DNA from: an uncultured Verrucomicrobiae bacterium
Lineage (GTDB): Bacteria > Verrucomicrobiota > Verrucomicrobiia > Limisphaerales > UBA11358
DNA length: 64,000 bases
Assembly (NCBI GenBank): GCA_963755455.1
Contig: CAVWJH010000001.1
Span: forward strand, 146,864-210,863
Reading direction: 5' to 3'
The notes under the pieces are model-generated. The model saw nothing but the letters and a program-made list of their open reading frames with translations. It searched no databases and was not told the DNA's origin. Positions 48,153-58,900 of this stretch are shown here, in pieces (the first letter of the stretch is position 1; each line of letters starts with the position of its first letter). A program made the translations under genes and the position numbers.

Positions 48153-51100
48153 AAATAAAAAGTGACAAGTGGCAAGTGACAAGTGATAAGCGCCGTTGCC
48201 CGGCGCGCGGTGGAACTTTTGCCGCCCATCACTCGTCACTTATCACTCGCCACTCCGAAAACGGCGTCGCGCTGATCATCACGCTCATCCTGCTGGCCGT
48301 GACACTCGTCATGGCGCTCGCGTTCCTGGCCATCAGCCGCCGCGAAAGCGGTTCCGTGACGACCGCCGGCGAGACCGCCACCGCGCGCCTTGCCGCCGAC
48401 GCCGCGCTTGCCAATGCCGAGGCGCAGGCCGTGGCCGGCATCCTCTCCACGACCAATCCCTACGATTTCGGCCTGCTCGTCTCGACGAACGCCCCGCCGT
48501 TGAATTTCAACAACGGTTTGGGCGACTACACCAGTTTGCAAATCAGCCCGCGCCCGCCGGTGTTCATTCCGCAAAACGGCACGAACGATTTTCGTTTTTA
48601 CCTCGACCTGAACCGCAACGGGCATTTTGACTCCAACGGCATCGTGGCGGATGTGGACAACACGGGAGTGACGAATGGAAATTTCTCCTTTGAAACCGGC
48701 GACCCCGAATGGATCGGCGTGCTGGAGCATCCCGACCAGCCGTATGGGCCGGACAACCTGTTCATCGCGCGCTACGCCTTCATCGCCCTGCCCGTCGGCA
48801 ACGCGCTCGACTTGAATTACATTCACAATCAGGTTCTTGATGAACGTTCTTCGACGGTAAATCCACCGAAAGGAATTAACAACAATCCTGAAAATGATTT
48901 ATATTTTCGCAACCAAGATATTGGTTCCTGGGAATTGAACCTCGCGGCATTTCTAGCCGATGTAAACACGAATCAGTGGGGAAGAATTATTGATCCGCCG
49001 AACATCATCGGCAACGGCAGTGGCTATTACACTTACAACGAAACTTCAGGAAATCCGAATCATGGCGCTGCCTTTGACGACGCCCGCGCGCTGCTCGCGT
49101 ATCGTTACGCGAACAATTACAACACGCTTGCCTGGGTCCAGACCCTTTTCGGCAACACCGGCGCGACGGCGTTTCGGAACGATGGCATTGACGGCTATTC
49201 CGACGGGCCGCTGCAGACGACTTTTGACACCAATGAGGATTTTGTTTTCAGTAGCGCCAAGGACATTCCCACACTGCCGTGGGCGGGCGCGGACAGCACC
49301 AACCATTTCTTCACGCCGTCGGATTTGTTCGACCCGGCGAAAAGCTCGCCGGCTTTCACCAACCGACTGCTCATTGCCGACGCGCAAACGGACACCTACG
49401 ACCGCTACACCTATTACCGGCTGCTCTCGCAGCTTGGCACGGACTCCGATCCGGAATCGGGGCAAGATGAATTTGAACTACGACAATCTCGATCGCGGCT
49501 TCAACGGCGTTTTGAACACCAACGGAACCGCGAGCGCGACGAATTTTGTTCCCTGGACGCCGCTGGGATTTTTCACCAACGCCGCCGACCGGATGCTGCG
49601 CGAATATACTGCGAACTGGATCAATCAAAACTACGCCGGTTTCACCAACACTTTCGGCGTCTCGACGACCAGCGCCTTTGGCGTGACGAACATCCCGGTT
49701 TATGTCAATGGACGGTTTGTCTATACACCCGCCGTTCACCGCATCCTCCAACTGGCCGCGAACATTTACGACGCGACGGTGAGCAACAGGAAGAACGGCT
49801 CGCCCGATTATCCCGATGTCTTCCGTCCGCTGTTCAGCAAGGATGCGGCGGGCGATGTTTTCATCTCCGGCTACACGAACTTGAACAATGGCGGCGTTCC
49901 CAATACTGTTTCAGGGCCGGGCGATCCACAGCTTTCCCAGCCATTTGATGTAGCGTATATTTCCGGCTTGTCCGGCGTCATTACCAACGTGCCGGACAAC
50001 ATCTACGGCGTGCCGTGGATCATCGGCGCGAAGAAAGGCTTCCCGAACTTCAACGAAATTTCGATGGAGAACAGTCTGGCCGTCACGCGGCGGCTTCAAC
50101 TGACCCGCACGACAAATAGTTATGTGCCGGTCATCACCGGCACGAACCAGATGTATACGATGAGTTTGAGCAGTTCAATCGGGGTCGAGCTGTGGAATTC
50201 TTACAGCTCCAATTATCCCGGCACGATCCAGATTGACGTGAATGAAAATGCTTGGACGATGATCACCAATTACGATCGGGGTGCGCGTGAATGGAAAGTG
50301 AATCCATTTCCATTTACAACCAACAATTTTATTGCTCCCTATGTTCCTTATGTAATCAATTCATGGCCGGGATCCGGCGTGGGTTGGAGAAGCAGTGGCA
50401 GTCCGAATACCGCCTCATTTGTCCCTTTTGTTTTTACCGGCCCCACTCTGACCAACTCGGTTTATTATTCGTCTTATTATGCAGGCGCGCCAGGCGTGCC
50501 TGCCGGGACTGATTTGTTTTCCACAAACAGCTTGCCGAGTCCCGTTCCTTGGGAACCTACTTCGACGGATGGGAACGGTTTTCATTTCCCGCAGTTTGGA
50601 GTGCTGATAACGAACCGGTTGCAGGTCTTCATGCTGGATGTCAGTGGCGGCGTGTATCACGTCATTGATTATGTCCATTTTGAAGGGCCGGACAGCCCCT
50701 TCAACGTGAATGCAAGTCTGGTTGATAATGACGGCCTGAATAATTATGTGGGCGTGTGGGATACAAATTATCCAACTGGCAGCGTGCCGCCAGCCGGAGT
50801 GACTTATGGCATCTTGAATCAAATCAGGATTTCAAAAAGTGGTGCGCCAGATCAGGATTTAGATGGTTTGTGGCAGGCAGATCCCGAAGCGGTTCCCCTT
50901 GGCGGAACCATAGCCCAACAGCAGGCATTTTTTCAGGCATTTTTCCTGCCGGGCAATCATTCTGGCAGCACAACGAATTTGGAATTAAGCGTGGAAGCGC
51001 CTTACGCGCCGACTCGTTATATTTCACAATATACCACCTGGCAGGTTAATGATCCGCTCGTGCATTATCTGGCCAGCGACATTGATGCGCCGCCACTAAA

Positions 51101-52211
51101 TAACACATCCATACCGCAACCCGGTTTGAATCACTACAATTTCCCCATCACGAACGGATTGACGAGCCTTAACTTGGGGCAATTGAATGATCGTTATATG
51201 CCGTGGGGTGGCAACTCGAAGCTGGCGGCTGAAGGACAGGCGTTGCAATTTGACCCAAATGCCTACAATTCGGCGGAGCGCGATCCGCTGGCGTCTTCAT
51301 CGGACAACTGGGATTTTCCGACGAACAAACTGCCGACGACCGGCTGGCTGGGTCGCGTGCATCGCGGCACGCCGTGGCAGACGGTCTATCTCAAGTCGTC
51401 GCCGATAGACACCGCCACATGGGCGACGTGGACGGGCGATACGCAGACAAGTTTCAACCAATACTTCGACGCGGCCAATTCCGCGCCGGCGCAGGACCGT
51501 CTGCTGTTCGATCTTTTCACGACGGCGTTCAACGACAACGCCACGCGCGGCCAGCTTTCGGTCAACGTCGCCGCCAACGATCCCGATCCGGCGGCGGGAC
51601 TCGCGGCGTGGTCGGCGTTGTTGAGCGGCGTCGTTGCGCTGACAAACAATCCGTTTGCCGGAACCGTGACCAACACAATCATCCAGCCTGCCGGGATTTA
51701 CGATGCGACATTGCCGCTGACCAACCAGCCGCCGCTCGCGCAAATTGTCGAGGGCATCAACAGCGGGCGGACAAACTTTGTGGGCGCGGACAGATTGCGC
51801 GGCTCGTTTGAGCACGTCGGCGACATTTTGTCCGTGCCGCAATTGACGGACAAGTCGCCATTCATTTCCATCATTCCGCAAACCGTTGACGGCGCTGGAC
51901 AGATCATACCGCCAGTTTATCCCAACGACGAAGTCATGGAATGGCTGCCGCAGCAGGTGATGTCGCTGCTGCGCGTGGGCACGCCGCGCTATGTGATTTA
52001 CAGCTACGGCCAGGCGCTCAAGCCCGCGCCCTCTCCAAACGGCATTTATACGGCGAATGGGTTGCTGATCACGAATTACCAGATCGTGTCGGAAGCCGCC
52101 ACGCGCGCGGTGGTGCGCTTTGACAGCACGGTGACGAACATCAACGGCACGCTCTCCGTGACGAACAACCGCGCGGTGATCGAGAGTTATAACATTTTGC
52201 CGCCGGATTGA
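48149..52211 (+). pseudogene. Giant GspK/PilX-like minor pseudopilin (~1350 codons), one frameshift in a G-run near 49465
   Basis: ATG overlaps the upstream stop (ATGA). ...HSENG|VALIITLILLAVTLVMALAFLAISRRE... The ORFs 48149..49948 and 48990..52211 join at ...GTDSDPESG|KMNLNYDNLD. Confidence 0.7.
48161..48254. repeat. Heptamer-periodic hairpin inside the GspK-like leader-coding region
   Basis: agtgacaagtggcaagtgacaagtgata ... catcactcgtcacttatcactcgccact. Confidence 0.85.
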
Positions 52212-52214
52212 ACA

Positions 52215-52920
52215 ACCGCCAAGACGCAAAGGCACAAAGATGAAGACAATATTTTGTAGGAGCCGAGGTTACGAGGCTCAAATTAAAAAGTTGGAGACTC
52301 CTTGCGTGGTCTTCTGCATAGCGACGGACTTTGTAAGGAAAACGGTCAAAAACCGCCATTTTGGGATGAATTGCCTCAAAACAACGGGATTATCCAGATG
52401 ACAAACATATTAAAACGCCAATTTCGCTTGGCCGGATGGTCGGGCAACTTGGCCGGATGGTCGGGCAACTTGGCCGGATGGTTGGGCAACTTGGCCGGAT
52501 GGTTGGGCAACTTGGCCGGATGGTCGGACGACTTGGCCGGATGGTCGGGCGACTTGGCCGGACGGTCGGACGACTTGGCCGGACGGTCGGGCGACTTGGC
52601 CGGACGGTCGGACGACTTGGCCGGATGGTCGGGAAACTTACCCGAACGGTCGGGAGATTTAGCTGGAGGGTCGAGCAATATGCGGCTGCGGTTCGATGCG
52701 CCCTGCGCCGAACACTTCGTGCGGACAACTCGTTTGCGGAAGGCGGACGAATTGCTCCGGTCATGCGCGCCAGAAAGTCAACGACGTGGCGTCGTTGACG
52801 GCACGCGAGGCGCGTGCGCTCCCAAAAATTTTAAGGTTTCAATTTTGAAAAATGGCATACAGAGGGTAGTCTATACCAGTAATAATGCCGACTCTTGGCG
52901 CTCTTTGCGTCTTGGCGGTT
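52215..52920. repeat. Intergenic repeat block bounded by a perfect 18-bp inverted repeat (AACCGCCAAGACGCAAAG / CTTTGCGTCTTGGCGGTT)
   Basis: Left copy at 52215-52232 and right copy at 52903-52920. The interior holds a GTAGGAG-type REP (~52255), a 21-bp minisatellite and a CACGCGAGGCGCGTGCGCTCCC REP (~52805). Confidence 0.6.
52428..52679. repeat. Tandem minisatellite, 12 x 21 bp (TTGGCCGGATGGTCGGGCAAC and variants)
   Basis: Twelve head-to-tail units counted by hand. The first ten are near-identical, with patterned variants (GGCAAC, TTGGGCAAC, GGACGAC/GGGCGAC alternation). The last two are degenerate. Confidence 0.9.
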
Positions 52921-52933
52921 AAGTGTTTTATTT

Positions 52934-55900
52934 ATGCGTTCGAGAACGACAATCTGGATTGCGCTGAGTCTGCTGCTGGCGGCGGGCGCGTGGTTTTTCT
53001 GGCCGCACGCAAAGCGCGTGGCGGTGGAAAAATTCATGCCGCCCATCGCCGGCGCGTTTCATTCCGCCTCGACCGCGCCGCAGATCTTTCCGTTGAATGC
53101 CGTTTCCAAAAATTCCGCCAAAATAGTTGCGGCGGCGGCGGAGACAAACCGGTTCGCATATCGTTTGAGCAACACGACGAAGTCCATCGGCGAACTGATG
53201 AACGACCGTCATGCGATCCTGCTGGAGAACGCGCTGATTGACACGAGCGCGAAGCTGGATTTTTCCATTCCCAAAAATTTGCAGGCGCAGGGCGATCCGG
53301 GCGCGTATTTCGTGCAGGCGGACGGGACGATTGGCCCGGCGTTCCGCGCAATGCTGTCGGCGGCGGGCGCGCAGATCGTTTCCTACTTCCCGAACAACGC
53401 GTATCTCGTCCGCGTTTCGGCGGGCGGCGCGGGCGCGCTGGCCGCGAATCCGCTGGCGCAGTCGGTGATTCCCTACGAGCCGTATTACAAGGTGCAATCG
53501 CCGCTGATCGCGTATGACCAGACCACTTTGCCGGCGGGCGCGACGTTGAACCTCGGATTGTTCGCGGATAATCCGGCGGCGACCATCAAGCAGATTGAGA
53601 AGCTCGGCGGAACCATTTTGTCGCAAGAAAGCGAGCCGTTCGGACTGGAAGTGCGCGTGCGTCCGCCGTCGGACTGGACGGCACTGGCGCAACTGCCCGG
53701 CGTGCAGATCGTCGAGCAGAGCCGCACGCGCGAACTGGCCGACGACCTGTCGCGCGTGACAACGGGCGTGGCCGTGAACACGACCACCAATGCGAATTAT
53801 CTCGGACTGACCGGCAAGAACGTGGTCGTGGCGGAGGACGATTCGGGCGTTGACGCGACGCATCCTGATTTTGCGACGGGGCGCGTGATTGGCGACGCGG
53901 CGGGAAGTTTGGTGGATACGAACGGCCACGGCACATTTGTAGCGGGCATCATCGCGGGCAACGGCGCGGAATCAATGACCGTGACGAACGCGCAAGGTTC
54001 GATCAATCCCGGGACAAACGGGCAATATCGTGGCATGGCGCCGCTGGCGACGTTGTATTCCGTCGGCGGCATTGATGGCGGCGCGGACACGAATGTGATT
54101 TCCGACCGTTACCTTCAGGAATCCGCTGCGCGGACAAACGCGCTGATTGCCAACGAGAGCTGGGGCTACGGCGGCGACAATTTATACGACCTGGCGGCGG
54201 CGAGCTACGACGCGGCGACGCGCGATGCCCTGATGCAAGTCACCGGCCCGCAGCCGGTGTTGTTTGTGTTTGCGGCGGGCAATGACGGCCAGATTGGCAG
54301 AAACGGTGCCAACGGTGACGACTCCGGCGGCGGCGGCACGCCGGACACGATCACGTCGCCCGGCACGGCGAAGGACGTGCTCACGATCAGCGCGCTGGAG
54401 CAGGATCGCGGCATCACCAACACTTACGACCCGCGCGGCACCACCAATCCGGTTGAGGCATGGAATGCGGGGACGGATTCGAGTTCGGAGGTGGCGGATT
54501 ATTCGAGCCGTGGCAACGTCGGCATCGGCACGGAAGGGCAGTGGGGGCGGTTCAAGCCGGACGTGGTCGCGCCGGGATCGTTCGTGATCTCCACGCGCTC
54601 GCAGCAATGGGACCAGCAGGCGTATTACAATCCGAGCAATACTTATGTCAATGACGCGACCTTCCAGTTGGTGGACACGAACGCGCTGAATTATTACAAC
54701 TTCCCGTTTGTCGTCCAGAACAACGCCGTCAGCGTCAGCCTCCGGGTCCAGCCGAACGATTTGTCGCCCGTGCCATTTCCGCCGGATATGCCGATTTATG
54801 TTTCGCTGAACAATTATCCCGACCCGGCGAATCCGGGGACGTATGATTTCGTGTCCGAATAATATCGTGACGATTCCGCCGGCTGGTATTCCAGACGGCC
54901 CGACATATCTTCAGAGCATCATCAACAATCTGGGCGGCTTCAACTTTGCGGTCGGCGACGGCACGAACATTCCGGTCAATTACGATTTGGTGGCGGAAAT
55001 GGTCACGACCAACGACATGGGCGATTATTACACGGTGTTGAGCAATTTGAACAACTCGCTGGATGGCGACGTGCCGCCGCATTATTACCGCTACGAGAGC
55101 GGCACGAGCATGGCGGCGGCGGGCGTGTCTGGCGTGCTGGCCTTGATGCAGGATTATTTCACGAACACGCTGCATCTTACGCCCAGCCCGGCGCTGCTCA
55201 AGGCGATGCTCATCAACGGCGCGCGTCCGACCGGCTACTACAATTTGCAGGTGGACAACAGCATCAACCCCGAAGGCTGGGGACTGGTCAACCTGCCCAA
55301 TTCCATTCCGGCGGGAATCACCAACACGGCGGCCACCGCCACCAATTCATTTTTCTATGTTGACCAAAGCCCGACCAACGAGCTGGCCACGGGCGACAGC
55401 CGGACATATACCATTTCCCTCTCGGCGGGCGCGATGTCCGTGCCGTTGCGTTTCACGCTCGCGTGGACCGATCCGCCCGGCAACCCCGCCGCCGCCATCA
55501 AGCTCGTCAACAACCTTGATCTGATCGTCACCAACATGGACAACACGAATGTCTATTACGGCAACGACATCGGTCCCAACCAGGTCTTCAACACGCCGGA
55601 AAGCTCCACCAACGCGGCACCCAGCCTGGACGGCATCAACAATGTTGAAAATGTTTTCCTGCCCGCAAACGCCGGAACGAACTTCACGGTCGTCATCCGG
55701 GCAACCGCCGTGAACGTCAACGCCGTTTCCGAGCAGACGAACAATGCGGCGGGAGTTTTTGCGCCGAACATCGTGCAGGATTTTGCGTTCGTCATTTCCA
55801 GCGGCAACGGGTCGAACACCAACGGCTTTGCCATCACGGGCAGTTCGCTGGTGTCAAATCCCACCGGCGATCAGCGCATTACGATTGACAGCGCCACAAA

Positions 55901-58900
55901 CGCCACGCCGTTGATGAACCAGTTCGTCGGCGCGAGTTCGCCGCTGCTCGGCACAAATACCGTTAGCTTCGGGGCGAACACAAATGAACTCGTCACTGTG
56001 GGCCAGACCAACCAGTGGCATTTCTATGTTGTCACCAATTACGGCGCGTCCAGCGACTTCACCAACGCGGCATTCGTCACTTTCCTGCCGCCGACGGCGG
56101 CGATTCCGCGCGGGGGGGTTTTCGCAAATTCCGACGCCAATTCCACGCGGCCCGAGGCGGACATTGACCTGTTTGTGACAACCGATCCCGGTTTGACGAA
56201 TCTTGATCCGAACGTGATTTCCAACTGCATCATCAATCCGCAAGTCGGGAAGTCGTCGCCAGTCGGAGTGAATGGGACATTTTACGGTGCGGCTTTGGAT
56301 CGCGGCGGCTCGGAATTTGTCGTGGACACCAATTCCACGCCGGGACAGGTTTATTACGTCGGGGTTCAATCCGAAGATCAGATGGCTTCTGAATACGCCT
56401 TTCTGTCGGAGTTCAGCAACATTCCGTTCAGCAGTCTGGACAACAATGGAAACGAATCCGCTGTGTTTTATCCGGTGAACATTCCCGACGGCGATGCGAC
56501 GCATCCGGGATACACGAACAGCCTCGCCCTGACCATCTTCCCGGTGGAAATCGAGCGCGTCGTGGTGACCAACACCCTCACGCAGCAAAATGCCGGCGAC
56601 CTCGTGATCTCGGTGAACCATTCCACCGTGGCGAACGGCGACGGCTCGGTGGTCCTGTTGAACCACGATTCGCCAAATGCAGCCGGCACCTACACGACCA
56701 TTTATGACGACAGCGGCCAGAACGACATTTTGAACTCGCAGCCTTCGGACGGGCCCGGCTCTTTGGGCGCGTTCACCGGGCAGGAAGGAATGGGAGTATG
56801 GCTGCTGCACGTTTCGGACAACGCGCCCAGCTTCGTCGGCAGCGTCCAGGGCAGCCTGTTCATCCAGCCGCACATTCCTCTTGGAAGTGGCACGACCAAC
56901 ACGGTCGCGCCGGGCAAGTGGTATTACAACTTCGTAGACGTGCCGCCGGGCGCGACAAACCTGACCATCAGCGTGACGAACTTGACTTCCCCGCCGCTGC
57001 CTCTGGATGTGTATGTCAAATTAGGCGCACAGCCGACGACCAACGATTTTGACAAGATGATGGTGACTCCCACCGTGCCGTTGCCAAATCCGGGCGGTTC
57101 GCTGTCCATCGGGCCGACGGACGTGCCGCCGATTCAGCCCGGGCGTTATTACGTCGGCGTCTATAATCCAAACCCGGTCGGCAGCGCGGATCAAAGATTT
57201 TCACTTTTTGCGGCCATTCTGCCGCCGTCGCCCAGCGCGACGCCGGTGGATTTTGCCGCCGCCGGCCCGGTGCCGCTGCTCGATGACGCGATAACCATCT
57301 CCAGCAATTCGATCATTACCATGACCAACACCGAACCGATCGTGTCGGTCAACGTCGGCATCGTCGTGGATCATCCACGCATCTCGGATCTGGCGTTCAC
57401 ACTCATCAGCCCGGACGGCCGGCGCATTCTGCTCATGGAAAATCGCGGCGGCACCACCACCAACGGCGCGGGCGCAAGTGCTCTTGTCACGAATTCTATC
57501 ATCGTGTCGAGCAATGACTTTGAAGGATTGACGGCGACAAATTATATTGCGGGTCAAACCGTGGGTGGATGGAGTGTGGCATCAGGCCAAGTCAGCGTCG
57601 TCACCAACCCTGCGAACGCCTACGAAGGCAGCAACTTTCTGGCGCTGGCCAGCGGTTCGATTTCAACCAACCTGCCCACGGTGGCGGGACAGACTTATAC
57701 GTTGACGTTCGCTTATCGCGGGCCGGGAATCGCCGGCTGGTGGCGCGGGGAAAACAATGTCAACGATGCCATCTACGGAAATAATGGCACGGTTCAAAAT
57801 GCCGGTTTTACCAACGGTGTTGTCGGCCGGGCATTCTCAAATGATCCTGAAAATTATCCATATGGGACATACAATGGTTTTGACGTTCCAGACCAGCCAG
57901 CTTACCAACTGACCAACTCGTTGTCCATTGAAGGATGGGTCAGACCGCGTGGTGATGGCTACGCCATCTTCTGGCGCGGAGACAGCACGCCGGGGTATGA
58001 CCCTTATTTCCTTGGGATGCAGGGAAACAATACCGCCGGTTTCTACATTACAGACGCGGCCAACAACTCCACCAATGTGAACGGCACACTGACTTACAAT
58101 GTATGGCATCATGTTGCTGCCACGCTGGATGGCACTTCCGGCAATATGTCGCTCTATGTTGATGGCGTGCTCACCAGTCAAATCAATACTCCATTGAGGC
58201 CCTTCGGAGCGTTGAATCCCGGGATGTCTCCGGGTATCGGCATTGCGAATGTGAACGATGGTCAAAACAATTTCCCGTTCACTGGTGACATTGACGAGAT
58301 CTCGCTTTACTCGCGCGCTATAAGCGCCAGCGAGGTCAAGGCGATTTTCAACGCTAGAGCAGGCAAGTTCGATCAGGCTGAATTTGCCAATTCGCCATCT
58401 TTAAGCCTGGCCGAAGCCCAAGTCAGCGTGAATGGCAGCGATTCACCCGCTTTCTTCGGTAGCAACACCGTATGGCAGACTTATACAAACACATTCACCG
58501 CCACTTCGACCGGCACGCCGCTGGTCATCAGCGGCATCGAGCCGGGGATGTTGCTTGACGCGATCAACTTGACGACGGTGCAGACAAATACTCAATATCA
58601 ATATCTCACTTTCACCGAGGACACGAACCTGACCACGACGCCCATCAAGTTCGCCGTGCCGCCGTTCGTGCCGGATACTAATACGGCTGTTTTGTTCACC
58701 AACAGTTTTGAAGGAACAGCCGCTGCGGATTATGCCAGTGGTCAAACTGCGGCTGGGTGGACGGTGGAAACGAATCAGGTCAGCGTTGTCGCCGACGCCA
58801 ACACAACTCCGTATGGCAGCAACTTCCTGGCACTGGCAAATGGAACAATTTTGACCAATCTGCCGACCGTCGCGGGACGGACATACACGTTGTCATTTGC

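Noticed and set aside
35347-52211. Secretin, prepilin peptidase or PilMNOP/GspLM genes within the pilus locus
   Set aside because: I searched the translated ORFs for their characteristic motifs and found none in this window. They may lie elsewhere, so their absence is reported, not interpreted.
52428-52679. Possible CRISPR array (also considered for 8680-9000)
   Set aside because: The units are contiguous with no unique spacers, at 21 bp they are shorter than CRISPR repeats, and no cas genes are in the window.
52302-52922. 206-aa ORF (LAGWSGN heptad repeats) and the antisense 100-124-aa ORFs
   Set aside because: The open frames follow automatically from a 21-bp (7-codon) tandem repeat. The flanks of these ORFs are REP translations, so they are treated as non-coding.
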